NCBI GenBank assembly: GCA_963743245.1
Contig: CAVUPP010000013.1
Span: 406,943 to 470,942 of the forward strand
Direction of reading: 5' to 3'
Length of the DNA: 64,000 bases
DNA from: Vicinamibacteria bacterium
Lineage (GTDB): Bacteria; Acidobacteriota; Vicinamibacteria; Vicinamibacterales; JAENWD01
Below are positions 9,825 through 19,558 of the stretch, piece by piece (the first letter of the stretch is position 1; every line of letters begins with the position of its first letter). The notes beneath the pieces were generated by a model that was not told the DNA's origin, searched no databases, and was given only the letters and a program-made list of their open reading frames with translations. Both the position numbers and the translations under genes were made by a program.

Positions 9825-10739
9825 ATGCGCATCGTCATTGCCGGCGGATCCGGGTTCCTCGGCCGTCCGCTGGCCGAGGCGTGCCGCACCGATGGCCACG
9901 CCGTCACCATCCTCACGCGGGCGGTCCATGCAGCCCAGCCGGGCCTGGTCCCCTGGACGCCCGACGGACGATCCGGACCGTGGGCGGCAGTCCTGCACCA
10001 GGCCGACGCCGTCATCAACCTCGCCGGCGCCTCGATCGCAGGCGCGCGATGGACGACGAAGCGAAAAGCGCTCCTGCGAGCCAGCCGGCTGCTCGCGACA
10101 CGCAGCCTGGTGGAGGCCATCACGCAGCAACCGAGGCCGCCTTCCGTGCTCCTCTCTGGATCCGCCGTCGGCTACTACGGACCGCACGGCGAGGAGCCCG
10201 TGACAGAAGGCACGCCAAAGGGGAGCGACTTCCTCGCCGAGTTGGCCGCTGCCTGGGAAGACGCCGCTGCGCCCGTCGCGCGAGCCGGCGTGCGTCTGGT
10301 GTGCCTCAGGACCGGACTTGCGCTCGCACCTGACGGCGGCGTTCTCGGGCGAATGCTGCTGCCCTATCGTCTGGGCCTCGGCGGACGACTGGGTTCGGGA
10401 CGGCAGTACGTGCCGTGGGTACACAGGCGCGACTGGATCGATCTGGTGCGATGGGCGCTGGTGACGCCAGCCCTCGAGGGCGCGATCAACGTGAGCGCGC
10501 CGGAGCCCGTCTCGAATGCAGCGTTTGGTGCAACGCTCGCCCGTCTACTTCATCGGCCGTTTGTGGCGCACGTGCCCGCGTTCGCACTGCGCACGGCGCT
10601 TGGCGAGCTGGCTGAGGCGCTGCTGACGGGACAGCGTGCCCGGCCTGACCGTGCGCTCGAACGTGGCTTTCAGTTTCGGTGGCCGTCGCTCGAGCCGGCG
10701 TTGCGGGATCTGCTGAAGCTACCGGACCCCGATCGGTGA
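9825..10739 (+). CDS. TIGR01777/YfcH family NAD-dependent epimerase-like oxidoreductase (DUF1731)
   Basis: MRIVIAGGSGFLG, INLAGASI, SAVGYYG, GSGRQYVPWVH, LLTGQRARP. Confidence 0.92.
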   Translation: MRIVIAGGSGFLGRPLAEACRTDGHAVTILTRAVHAAQPGLVPWTPDGRSGPWAAVLHQADAVINLAGASIAGARWTTKRKALLRASRLLATRSLVEAITQQPRPPSVLLSGSAVGYYGPHGEEPVTEGTPKGSDFLAELAAAWEDAAAPVARAGVRLVCLRTGLALAPDGGVLGRMLLPYRLGLGGRLGSGRQYVPWVHRRDWIDLVRWALVTPALEGAINVSAPEPVSNAAFGATLARLLHRPFVAHVPAFALRTALGELAEALLTGQRARPDRALERGFQFRWPSLEPALRDLLKLPDPDR

Positions 10740-11996
10740 CGCGGGATTGCCAAACGACGATGTCTCACGCACTGCGGCGTGCCGCCGCAGCAAGGCGTTG
10801 ACGAAGAGCCGCACACCGAGCCGTGGTGACCGCATCAGCAGATGTCGGCGCACGGTCTGATACGAGACCAGCCCCATCGCATACCGCACCACCATGTCAG
10901 CAAGGTCTGGCGCGCGGCGCGCAGCGGCAATCAAGCCGTCAACACGCGCGGGCGTCGTCAGCAGGTAACGCTGCACGAGCACGGCATCGCGCAGCTCGGC
11001 GCCGATTTCGCGGCGCCAGGCCCGGGCGTAGCCGGCGGTGCTGCCCGCCAGCGCCGCTCGTCCGGCGAGCGACCCCGACACCATCGCATAGTAGATGCCC
11101 TCCGCCGTGATGCCGTTGACGAAGCCGCCTGCGTCGCCCGCGAGCATGACGCGCGTCGTCGCGGTCACGGGCAACGGCCCGCCCACGGGGATCATGTACG
11201 GCGTGAAGTGCGTGCGGCTCGAGGTACCGTTGAGAACCCCGCGCCGCGTCAGCTCCGAAGTGAACGTTCGCTGCAAGTCCCAGGGATGCGGCGAGACACG
11301 CGTCCTGTAATAGTCGAGCACGTAGCCGATGCCGACATTGACGTGCGTCGCTTTGGGGAACACGTACGCGTAGCCTTCGGCTCCGCCATAGCCATACGCG
11401 ACCCACAGCAGTCCTGGATCGATGCTCCGCAGCTGGTCGTGCGGCGTCTCCTCCATCATGTCGATGGCGACCGCCGTGGGTGACCAGCCGGGATTCAACC
11501 GCAGCCGCCGCCCAACGACGCCGTTGACGCCGTCGGCCGCAATGACGAAGGGCGCTTCGAACGTGCGGCCGTCTCGACTCCGCAGCACGACGGACCGATC
11601 CATCTCGTGCGCGCGCGTGATGTCTACGTCTTGGACGACCTCTGCGCCCGCGTCCCGTGCCAGCGACAGCAACAGCGCGTCGAACTCGAACCGGCGGATC
11701 ATCAGAGCCGCCGGCGTGCGCGAGGTCAGCGTGATTCCGTCCCCACCTGGTGCCTCGAGATAGAGGCGCGACAGACGTGTGGTCGTGATTCGCGAGAGCG
11801 CCGGTTCGAGCCACGGGAATCTCGTGAGGGCGCGAATGCTGACCGCGCCGCCGCAGGGTTTGTTGCGCGGAAACCGCGCGCGATCGAGTAACTGGACGCG
11901 TGCCCCGCCCGCCGCCAGCTCCCGCGCCGCACTCGCGCCGGCGGGACCACCGCCGACGACGATGACATCGGGGCGTGCCGGAGCGGATTCCTTCAT
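10719..11996 (-). CDS. Geranylgeranyl-reductase family FAD-dependent oxidoreductase
   Basis: DVIVVGGGPAG, FPRNKPCGG, RFEFD..L, IAADG, YAYVFPK, GDAGGFVNGITAEGIYYAM. Confidence 0.85.
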   Translation of the reverse strand: MKESAPARPDVIVVGGGPAGASAARELAAGGARVQLLDRARFPRNKPCGGAVSIRALTRFPWLEPALSRITTTRLSRLYLEAPGGDGITLTSRTPAALMIRRFEFDALLLSLARDAGAEVVQDVDITRAHEMDRSVVLRSRDGRTFEAPFVIAADGVNGVVGRRLRLNPGWSPTAVAIDMMEETPHDQLRSIDPGLLWVAYGYGGAEGYAYVFPKATHVNVGIGYVLDYYRTRVSPHPWDLQRTFTSELTRRGVLNGTSSRTHFTPYMIPVGGPLPVTATTRVMLAGDAGGFVNGITAEGIYYAMVSGSLAGRAALAGSTAGYARAWRREIGAELRDAVLVQRYLLTTPARVDGLIAAARRAPDLADMVVRYAMGLVSYQTVRRHLLMRSPRLGVRLFVNALLRRHAAVRETSSFGNPASPIGVR

Positions 11997-14671
11997 TTGT
12001 GCACCGTGCGGCCGAGCGAGACCAGATTGGCCATCAGCTGATACGCACCGTCCGTCCCCGCTGGCAGCTGACGCCAGAGCCCGAGGCCGACGTACAGCCA
12101 TCGCCCCTTCCCCACCGGCGCTTCCACGAGAGCGCCACGCTTGGGTCCCTTGTTCAGCTCGAACGGATCCTCCAGTTGAACGAGATCCACGAACTTCGGA
12201 TCGCGCTCGCCCAGGAAGTACAGGCCGCGCTCCTGCACCCAGTTCTGCCAGGCCGAGTCGCCTATCCGGTTTGGCGTGGTAAAGACCGGATTGGCAGTCT
12301 CGAGGATGGTCACCGGCGAGTGCTCGTCGGTCACGCGGGCAGAACTCACCTTGGCGGGGTACGGTGCGTACTGCGCCTGGTTGAATTCGAACTTGTTGTA
12401 CTGAACGATGACCGTGCCGCCGCTGGCGGCGTACTCGAGCAACCGCCGGTTGTATATCCGCAAGTCCTTCCGGCGCTCGTACGCGCGAACGCCGGTGACG
12501 ATCGCGTCGAAGCCGGACAGATCCTGCGACGCCAGCGCGTTCTCGTCGAGGTAGTCGACGTGCGCGCCGATCTGTTCGAGCGCGATGGGCACCTGGTCGC
12601 CGACGCCCATGACGTAGCCGACCTTGAGGTTCTCGGGCAGCCGCACGTCGACGACCTTCAGCAGCGTCTCCGCCTGTGCGAACACGTGACGTCGTCGCGT
12701 GTGCGGATATTCGACGACCGTGTAGCCGCGAGTGAATTTCGCGCCGGGCCCGGCGACCGCACGCAGCGGGTAGGCGCCGAGCGCCACCCGCGGCGGCGGT
12801 GTCACCGAGAACGTGAGCACCGTGGCTTCGTCACCTCGCTCGAAGCGGACATGCGTCGACGCAGGCGTCACGACCCAGCCATCCGGTCCCTCCAGGTGGA
12901 CGTCGGTCTCCGCGGCACCTGGAGCGTTGTTCGTCACCGCGACCTGTACTGTCCGCGACGAGGGTTCGGCAGTGTGGTGATTCGTCGCGCTCGTCCGCTG
13001 AGGCCCCGGACCGACAGGCGCCGGCACGATCGTCGTCTCCGGCGTGACACGGAGCGTGATCGCCGGGACGGTTTGCACCTCCATACGCTTCTCGCCGCTG
13101 AACAGATTGCCTTCGTAGCGGTACTCGAGCGCCTTTCTCACGCCGACCGTCGTGCCTCCAATCTCGAGGTCCAGCACGGCCTCGAAGGGCGTCGGCCGGT
13201 AAGGCAGTCCGAAGGGCGCGTCGGCATCGAACGTGTACCGGCCCGCTTCGCCCGCCCGATGCCAATAGGGCTCGCTGACCCGTGCATCGGCCGGTACTGT
13301 CGTCTGTGCCTGGCACTTCACGATCCCGCCGGGTGCGACGGCTCCGACCGCACAGGTGAGACGCGAGTCGCCGAAGCCCGCGGTCGACGCCGCACGGAGG
13401 GTGATGGCACGCGCGCCACGGTTGGCCAGGATGACCGTGAGGGCGACGGTCTGGCCGGGCACGACCACGCCGTCATCCGACAGCGCTTCGATGCGGAGCC
13501 CCTGCGCAAGGACGAGCGCCTGCTCGAACTTCCTCTCGGTCTGCGCGAGGCGCATGCCGATCTCGTAGCGCGCGTTCTGGTCGATCTCGGTGGTCCCGTT
13601 GATCCACGCATCAAGCTCACGCGCCGCGGCGAGGCCATGTGCCAGGTCCGGCACACTGCCGTCGGGTCCGCTCGTACCCAGAGCTGTGGTGGCTGTCGTC
13701 ACGGCGCCAGCCACTGCGGCGAGCCCCTCCGTCAGATGCGACGGCGGTACCGCGCCGGCGAAGGCTGCGAGGCCCGGAACCGTCAGGTCGAGTCCATCGG
13801 TCAACGACGTGTCGGCCCGATCGAGTCCTCCGGCGAGCGTGGTCGCAATCAGCTGATAGCGCATCGCAAAGGTGCCTGGAAGCGGCAACAGCTGGCCCAT
13901 GCCCTGACACTTGTGCATCGAGCGGCCCTCGGCGCCGATCTCCATGTACGTGCGGCCGAGCAGCGGATCGTACGCGCTCACGTCCACAGGCAGCAGCTTC
14001 GTACCCGGAGGCGGCTCCGGATCACCAAACCCATAGAAGCCGACCTTGTACACCTTGCGCGGCTGCCAGGGATGCAGTCCCTGCGCGAGCTGTTCGGGAT
14101 ACTGGCTGGGATCGCCCGAGAGCGTCGCCGCCTCCGCCGCGAGCCGCGCGGACGCCTGATGGTGTTGACCTCCACCGGGTCCGTCGGGCCGCATGGTCAT
14201 GAGTACGTCGGGACGTGTCATGCGGATGAGGCGCACGTAGTCGCCGACGATCTCGTTGCGGCCCCACTTCTCGAACGTCTCCTCGATGCTGAACGAGTAG
14301 CCGAAGTCCACGGCGCGCGCGAAGAACTGCTCGGCGCCGTCGAAGTGGTGCGCGGCGAGGAGCTCCTCGGTTCGCAGCACGCCGAGCGATTCGAAGAGCT
14401 CGGGGCCGATTTCGTTCTGTCCGCCGTTGCCGCGCGTCGCGGTCGCCAGCACGACACGGAGGCCCTGCCCGTGACTCTGCATGGCGAGCAGTCCGTTGTT
14501 TTCGTCGTCTGGGTGCGCGGTCGCGTGCATGACCGTCCCGACGGTCGCGAGCTTCCGCAGCCACAGCGCGACACCGCGTGCGCCAGTGGCGTCAGCGGGT
14601 CCGTCTGCCGTCGATGTAATGGGAACGAGCGCGGCGAGCACAACAACAAGCGGGAGGCGGAGACGACGCAT
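11993..14671 (-). CDS. Secreted PIG-L/LmbE family deacetylase with NEW3/Ig-like and GATase-like C-terminal domains
   Basis: Signal peptide from 14671; AHPDDE, TRGNGGQN, LRTEEL, DFGYS, GQHHQAS, SMHKCQG; C-terminal WVQERGLYF. Confidence 0.88.
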   Translation of the reverse strand: MRRLRLPLVVVLAALVPITSTADGPADATGARGVALWLRKLATVGTVMHATAHPDDENNGLLAMQSHGQGLRVVLATATRGNGGQNEIGPELFESLGVLRTEELLAAHHFDGAEQFFARAVDFGYSFSIEETFEKWGRNEIVGDYVRLIRMTRPDVLMTMRPDGPGGGQHHQASARLAAEAATLSGDPSQYPEQLAQGLHPWQPRKVYKVGFYGFGDPEPPPGTKLLPVDVSAYDPLLGRTYMEIGAEGRSMHKCQGMGQLLPLPGTFAMRYQLIATTLAGGLDRADTSLTDGLDLTVPGLAAFAGAVPPSHLTEGLAAVAGAVTTATTALGTSGPDGSVPDLAHGLAAARELDAWINGTTEIDQNARYEIGMRLAQTERKFEQALVLAQGLRIEALSDDGVVVPGQTVALTVILANRGARAITLRAASTAGFGDSRLTCAVGAVAPGGIVKCQAQTTVPADARVSEPYWHRAGEAGRYTFDADAPFGLPYRPTPFEAVLDLEIGGTTVGVRKALEYRYEGNLFSGEKRMEVQTVPAITLRVTPETTIVPAPVGPGPQRTSATNHHTAEPSSRTVQVAVTNNAPGAAETDVHLEGPDGWVVTPASTHVRFERGDEATVLTFSVTPPPRVALGAYPLRAVAGPGAKFTRGYTVVEYPHTRRRHVFAQAETLLKVVDVRLPENLKVGYVMGVGDQVPIALEQIGAHVDYLDENALASQDLSGFDAIVTGVRAYERRKDLRIYNRRLLEYAASGGTVIVQYNKFEFNQAQYAPYPAKVSSARVTDEHSPVTILETANPVFTTPNRIGDSAWQNWVQERGLYFLGERDPKFVDLVQLEDPFELNKGPKRGALVEAPVGKGRWLYVGLGLWRQLPAGTDGAYQLMANLVSLGRTVHK

Positions 14672-14703
14672 CCTCGTATTGTGGCGTACCGGGCGGCCGC
14701 CGG

Positions 14704-15930
14704 TCAGCGTGGCAGCCGGATGAATCCGAACGCGTCGTCGTCTTTTTCGGTGGCGTCCGTGTACCGGCGGAGCAGGATGCGGCTGGCCAGGAACGCGTTG
14801 GCGAGATTCGTCCCAAGACCGAGGGCGAACAGATGGCCGGGATAGTTCCGGTGGGGTCCGATGAACGGAAGGCCATCGGCGGTCCGGGAGTAGGGCGCAC
14901 GCCAGCCATAGGCCGGCTGGATACCCGAGATCGCGTTCACCGCGAGCGACAGCTCGTACATCAGTTGACCCGTGCGCTGCACGAGGACGTTGTCGCGCAC
15001 CCTCTCGGGACTGCGCGACTGATCGCCGCCGCTCCACGTGATCCGGTGGTCGTCGGTCCAATACATCCGGTGCGCGGGCTGCTGCAGGTCCTGAACGATC
15101 AGGTCGCCGGTCCGCATCGAGGAGCGGACCGGGGCGGGCAGCGGCGGCGTCTGAACCACGTACGTCTCGAGCGCCACGAAATGGCGGTCGAGCGCGTGGA
15201 AACCGCTCGCAGGATCGCCCGTAGTCAGGACGACCGTCTCGGCTTTGATCAGCGCCTTTGCCGTCACCACCTCGACGCCGCGTCGCGTCGTCTTGACTTT
15301 CGTCACGGGCGTTCGCTCGAACACGGCGGCGCCCCGGACCGCGGCCGCACGTGCAAGGCCATGGCACGCTCGCACGGGATCGAGACGGGCGTGGCCGCGC
15401 GTCCGCACGCCCGAGCCCCCAGAAACGCCAAGCGTGGCGAGCGCACGCGCAGACAGTCCACTGATGTCGAGTCCCGCGTCTTTGCGCGTCTGCAGCTCTC
15501 GTGCGAGCTGCTTCGACTGCTCGCCCGCCTGCGCGACGAGGACGAGATCGAGCGGCTCGTACCCGCATCGGATCTTGAGGCGACGCAGCGTGGCCCCGAA
15601 CTCGAGCGCTGACCGTCTGGTCGAGTGCCACGCCGCGCGCGCGAGACGACGGCCGTGCGCGGACTCGAGGTCCAGGAACGAGGATGAGGGTTCTGCCAGC
15701 GCCACACCGCTGGCACGCATCGTCGCGCTGCTGCCCAGCGTCTCGGCTTCGACCAGCACGGATCGGATGCCGGCAGCGGAGAAGGCGTAAGCGGTGGCCG
15801 CACCGGTGAGTCCGCCGCCAACGATCACGACGGGAATCTCGAGGTCGGCGGTGAGGCGGGGATAGTTCGCCGTTGTCGTGGGGGTGCCGTTCGCACTCCA
15901 CGGTGAGAGACCGTACCGCAGCCGAGCCAT
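14704..15930 (-). CDS. FAD-dependent oxidoreductase (DAO/PuuB-like)
   Basis: VIVGGGLTG, LVEA, VFERTPV, TADGLPFIGPH. Confidence 0.85.
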   Translation of the reverse strand: MARLRYGLSPWSANGTPTTTANYPRLTADLEIPVVIVGGGLTGAATAYAFSAAGIRSVLVEAETLGSSATMRASGVALAEPSSSFLDLESAHGRRLARAAWHSTRRSALEFGATLRRLKIRCGYEPLDLVLVAQAGEQSKQLARELQTRKDAGLDISGLSARALATLGVSGGSGVRTRGHARLDPVRACHGLARAAAVRGAAVFERTPVTKVKTTRRGVEVVTAKALIKAETVVLTTGDPASGFHALDRHFVALETYVVQTPPLPAPVRSSMRTGDLIVQDLQQPAHRMYWTDDHRITWSGGDQSRSPERVRDNVLVQRTGQLMYELSLAVNAISGIQPAYGWRAPYSRTADGLPFIGPHRNYPGHLFALGLGTNLANAFLASRILLRRYTDATEKDDDAFGFIRLPR

Positions 15931-16038
15931 CTTGGGCGCCAATTCTGGGCGAAGCGCCTTACAAGAGGCAAGACGCTAAATTATGTGTAATGACCAAAAG
16001 AGAAGGGACCGCCGGTGACAAATATCATGTCGAATGAC

Positions 16039-17181
16039 CTACTTCGATAGGCTACTCCTCGCCAGGATGGCATTCGAGAGTGCATGCTCCTGCGTGTCGG
16101 CCAGTGCCGTTAAGTGGCCCATTTTACGGCTTTTACGCGGACCACGCTTCCCGTAGAGGTGCAGTCGCACGCCAGGCACGGCGCAGGCGGCGGCCCAGTC
16201 CGGCTCGCCCTGTTGCCAGAGATCACCGAGCAAGTTGGCCATCGCGGCCGGCCGCAGGAGCTCGATGGACCCCGCCGGCAGCCCGCAGATCGCGCGCACA
16301 TGCTGCTCGAATTGGCTGGTCACGCAGGCGTCTATGGTGAGGTGTCCCGAGTTGTGCGGACGCGGCGCCAGCTCGTTGATCAGCAGTTCGCCATCAGATG
16401 TCAGAAAGAACTCGACGCACAAGAGACCGACCAGCGCGAAGGTCTCGCACAGCTCGCGAACGATTTCGCCGGCGCGCCGTTCGATGGCGGGATCGACGCG
16501 CGCCGGGTAGGCCGACGTGTCCAGGATGTGGTTGCGATGTTCGTTTTCGACGAGGCCGAACGGCACCGACCACCCAGCGGCGCCGCGCGCGCCGATCATC
16601 GACACCTCACGCTCGAACGGGATGAACTGCTCGAGGATCGCTTCCTGTTGCAACATCGCGCCCCAGGCCGTCTCGGCCTCCTCGCGCGAGCGCACGCGGT
16701 ACTGCCCCTTGCCGTCGTAGCCGAAGCTGGCGGTCTTGAGCACCGCGTTGGTACCAATCCGGTCGAGCGCGGTGGAGAGGTCCGCGTTCGAGCGAACCAG
16801 CGCGAATGGTGTCACCGGAAATCCATGCTCGGCGAGAAAGCTCTTCTCGCGCGCGCGCTGCTGCGTCACGTGCAGGATGTGCCCGTTGGGCCGCACTGGT
16901 GCGTGTTCCGCGGCCGCGTCGGCGGTGGCCGAAGGCACGTTCTCGAACTCGAACGTCACCACGTCCACCTGTTTCGCGAACGCACGCACGGCGTTCAGGT
17001 CTTCGTACGCGGCGACCACTTCGAGATCCGCGACCTGACCGGTAGGGGAGTCTGCGTCAGGCGAGAACGTCTTGATGCGATAACCCATCTCTCGCGCGGC
17101 AAGGGCCAACATCCGTCCGAGCTGGCCACTCCCGAGCATGCCGATCGTGGCGCCCGGCGCGATCAGGGCCGATCCGGTCAC
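16039..17181 (-). CDS. purK: N5-carboxyaminoimidazole ribonucleotide synthase
   Basis: [55 protein letters not shown]. Confidence 0.97.
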   Translation of the reverse strand: MTGSALIAPGATIGMLGSGQLGRMLALAAREMGYRIKTFSPDADSPTGQVADLEVVAAYEDLNAVRAFAKQVDVVTFEFENVPSATADAAAEHAPVRPNGHILHVTQQRAREKSFLAEHGFPVTPFALVRSNADLSTALDRIGTNAVLKTASFGYDGKGQYRVRSREEAETAWGAMLQQEAILEQFIPFEREVSMIGARGAAGWSVPFGLVENEHRNHILDTSAYPARVDPAIERRAGEIVRELCETFALVGLLCVEFFLTSDGELLINELAPRPHNSGHLTIDACVTSQFEQHVRAICGLPAGSIELLRPAAMANLLGDLWQQGEPDWAAACAVPGVRLHLYGKRGPRKSRKMGHLTALADTQEHALSNAILARSSLSK

Positions 17182-17669
17182 GAGAGCGAGTCCTGACGGA
17201 CCTGGCGCTCCTGCTCGGCGCGGAAGGCCTTCAGGCGATCGCGAAGCGCGGGGTCGTGCGTGGCCAGGATGCCGATCGCCAGCAACGCAGCGTTGGCCGC
17301 ACCGGCTTGGCCGATGGCCAGCGTGCCGACGGGCACGCCGCGCGGCATCTGGACGATCGAGAGCAGCGAGTCAACGCCGTGCAGCGTACGGCTCTCGATC
17401 GGGACACCCAACACGGGCAGCGTCGTGTGCGCGGCGACCATACCGGGCAGATGGGCGGCTCCGCCCGCCGCCGCGATGATGATCTGGATGCCGTTGGCTT
17501 CGGCGCTCTGCGCGTACTCAGCCATGAAGCCGGGCGTGCGGTGCGCAGAGACGACGCGGCATTCGTGCGGCACGCCGAACGATGTCAACACCTCGTCGGC
17601 ATGGCGCATGGTCTCCCAATCCGATTTGCTGCCCATGATGACGGCCACGAGCGGGCGGGCGTCGGTCAT
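17178..17669 (-). CDS. purE: N5-CAIR mutase
   Basis: [42 protein letters not shown]. Confidence 0.97.
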   Translation of the reverse strand: MTDARPLVAVIMGSKSDWETMRHADEVLTSFGVPHECRVVSAHRTPGFMAEYAQSAEANGIQIIIAAAGGAAHLPGMVAAHTTLPVLGVPIESRTLHGVDSLLSIVQMPRGVPVGTLAIGQAGAANAALLAIGILATHDPALRDRLKAFRAEQERQVRQDSLS

Positions 17670-17676
17670 GGGTGGA

Positions 17677-19395
17677 TCATACGACAGGTCCTTTGGCTGG
17701 CTCCGGGCGCGACAGGCCCGTCGCCAGGCTGACCGCCATACCCACGACCGTCACGACACAGACGCCCACGACGTTGTGCCAGAGGAACGAGACAGCGGGG
17801 TAGTGAACGGCGACGAACGCCACTGCGCTCATGCCCGCAATCAGGCCCACGAAAGCGCCCGTGCCGTTTGCACGCCGCGTTCCAATCGCCAGCACGAACA
17901 CGCCGAGCAGCGATCCGTAGAAGAACGATCCGAACCGGTTGACCACCTCGATCAGCGAGCCGAGCGTCGTCGCGTAGACCGCGACGCTGCACGCGACGAG
18001 TCCCCAGAGACCGGTGGCGACGCGAGAGACGGTGAGGTAGTGCGCCTCGCTCGCATCCGGCCTGAAGTGGCGACGGTAGAAGTCGATCACGGTGGCGGTG
18101 GACAGCGAATTCAGCTCGGCCGCACTCGACGACATGGCGGCCGCGAAGATGGCTGCAATCAGCAATCCCACGAGACCGGGCGGCAGTTGCGTGATGATGA
18201 ACGTGGGAAAGACGTAGTTCACGTCGTTGTATCTCGCTCCAGCACCGTGGCGTTCCGCGAACGTCACGGCGTCCGCGCGAGCCGCATCGACCGCGGCAAC
18301 CGCGGACGTGAAGGCCGTCACCGATTGCGTGACGCGGCCTGGATCGCCTGCCGCACGCGCCTCGACGGCCTGCCGTGCGGCGGACGTACGCAGATCGAGG
18401 GTTGCTCGATATCGCTTTTCGAGGCCGAGATACTCGGATGCAGCAGGACCGCCCCTCAGTTGGGCGTCCACCTTGGGATTGAAGAGCATGGGCGGCCGCG
18501 CGAAGAGATAGAACGCGAAGACGAGCACGCCGGTCATCAGGATTACCGCCTGGAGGGGAATCTTGACGTAGGCGCTCATCATCAGCGACTGTCGCCCCTG
18601 ATCGACGGATCGCGCGGTCAGGTATCGCTGCACCTGGCTCTGATCGCAGCCGAAGTACGACAGCATCAGGAACAACCCGCCCACCATTCCGGACCAGAAC
18701 GTGTAGGTCTCGGTCAGCGTGAACCGGAAGTCGAGTGCCTGGAGCCGGCCGGTCGAGCCCGCCAGGTGCAGGGCGTCGAGGACACCGACGTCGTGCGGCA
18801 GTCCGAGAATGAGTACGGTCACCGCCGCGGCCACGCCCGCCACGATCACGGCCATCTGTTTCACGTCCGTCCACGTCACCGCCTGAACGCCGCCGAGCAT
18901 CGTGTAGAGCGCGGTGGGGACGCCAATCGCCAGCACGGTGATCGTGAGATTCCAGTCGAGGACAATCGAGAGGATGACCGCAGGTGCCGCCACGATCACG
19001 CCGCAGGACAGCCCGCGCGAGGCAAGGAAGAGCAGACTCGTGAGCGTCCGCGTCTTCACGTCGAAGCGCCGCTCGAGGTACTCGTACGCGGTGTAGACCC
19101 GGGCCCGGTAGAAGAAGGGCACCACGGTCACCGAGAGAATCAGCATCGCCACCGGCAGTCCGAAGTAGAACTGCACGAAGCGGAGGCCGTCCCGGTAGCC
19201 CTGTCCGGTCGTACCCACGAGCGTGATGGCCGAGAGCTGCGTGGCCATCACGGACAGGCCGACGGCCCACCAGGGCAGGTTCCGGTTCCCCAGGAAATAG
19301 CCTTCGACCTTGTCGCTGCCTTCGGTCCGGCGCAGGCCGTCCGCCACGACCCAGACGAGATACGCTGCAACGACCGCCCAGTCGAGCCAATGCAC
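17677..19395 (-). CDS. Sodium:solute symporter (SSS family)
   Basis: [59 protein letters not shown]. Confidence 0.95.
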   Translation of the reverse strand: MHWLDWAVVAAYLVWVVADGLRRTEGSDKVEGYFLGNRNLPWWAVGLSVMATQLSAITLVGTTGQGYRDGLRFVQFYFGLPVAMLILSVTVVPFFYRARVYTAYEYLERRFDVKTRTLTSLLFLASRGLSCGVIVAAPAVILSIVLDWNLTITVLAIGVPTALYTMLGGVQAVTWTDVKQMAVIVAGVAAAVTVLILGLPHDVGVLDALHLAGSTGRLQALDFRFTLTETYTFWSGMVGGLFLMLSYFGCDQSQVQRYLTARSVDQGRQSLMMSAYVKIPLQAVILMTGVLVFAFYLFARPPMLFNPKVDAQLRGGPAASEYLGLEKRYRATLDLRTSAARQAVEARAAGDPGRVTQSVTAFTSAVAAVDAARADAVTFAERHGAGARYNDVNYVFPTFIITQLPPGLVGLLIAAIFAAAMSSSAAELNSLSTATVIDFYRRHFRPDASEAHYLTVSRVATGLWGLVACSVAVYATTLGSLIEVVNRFGSFFYGSLLGVFVLAIGTRRANGTGAFVGLIAGMSAVAFVAVHYPAVSFLWHNVVGVCVVTVVGMAVSLATGLSRPEPAKGPVV

Positions 19396-19398
19396 GCG

Positions 19399-19515
19399 TC
19401 AGCTCCCGAACACGCGCCCGAGCAGCCAGAGTCCGGCCACGACGAGCACTTCGATCGCGATGACGCGCACTGCACGCCCGCGCATGGAGGGATCGTTCTC
19501 TGCGGGTACCGGCAT
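19399..19515 (-). CDS. 38-aa single-TM microprotein, probable SSS accessory subunit
   Basis: MPVPAENDPSMRGRAVRVIAIEVLVVAGLWLLGRVFGS; its stop lies 3 nt before the SSS start. Confidence 0.6.
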   Translation of the reverse strand: MPVPAENDPSMRGRAVRVIAIEVLVVAGLWLLGRVFGS

Positions 19516-19558
19516 GGTGGATGAGACTCGACTCTGAACGAGGCCGCCCGCGATGGCG

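Noticed and set aside
11975-14845. Long antisense ORFs (also 17260-19524, 20864-22483, 61861-63669 and others)
   Set aside because: Shadow ORFs expected opposite high-GC genes; no recognisable motifs
11993-15901. 1302-aa giant ORF
   Set aside because: The first ~410 aa are an off-frame read-through of the FAD oxidoreductase gene; the real protein starts at 14671 with a signal peptide
15943-16038. AT-richer spacer downstream of purK as a possible riboswitch or sRNA
   Set aside because: No recognisable riboswitch consensus or stable stem; most likely just a promoter region for the FAD oxidoreductase
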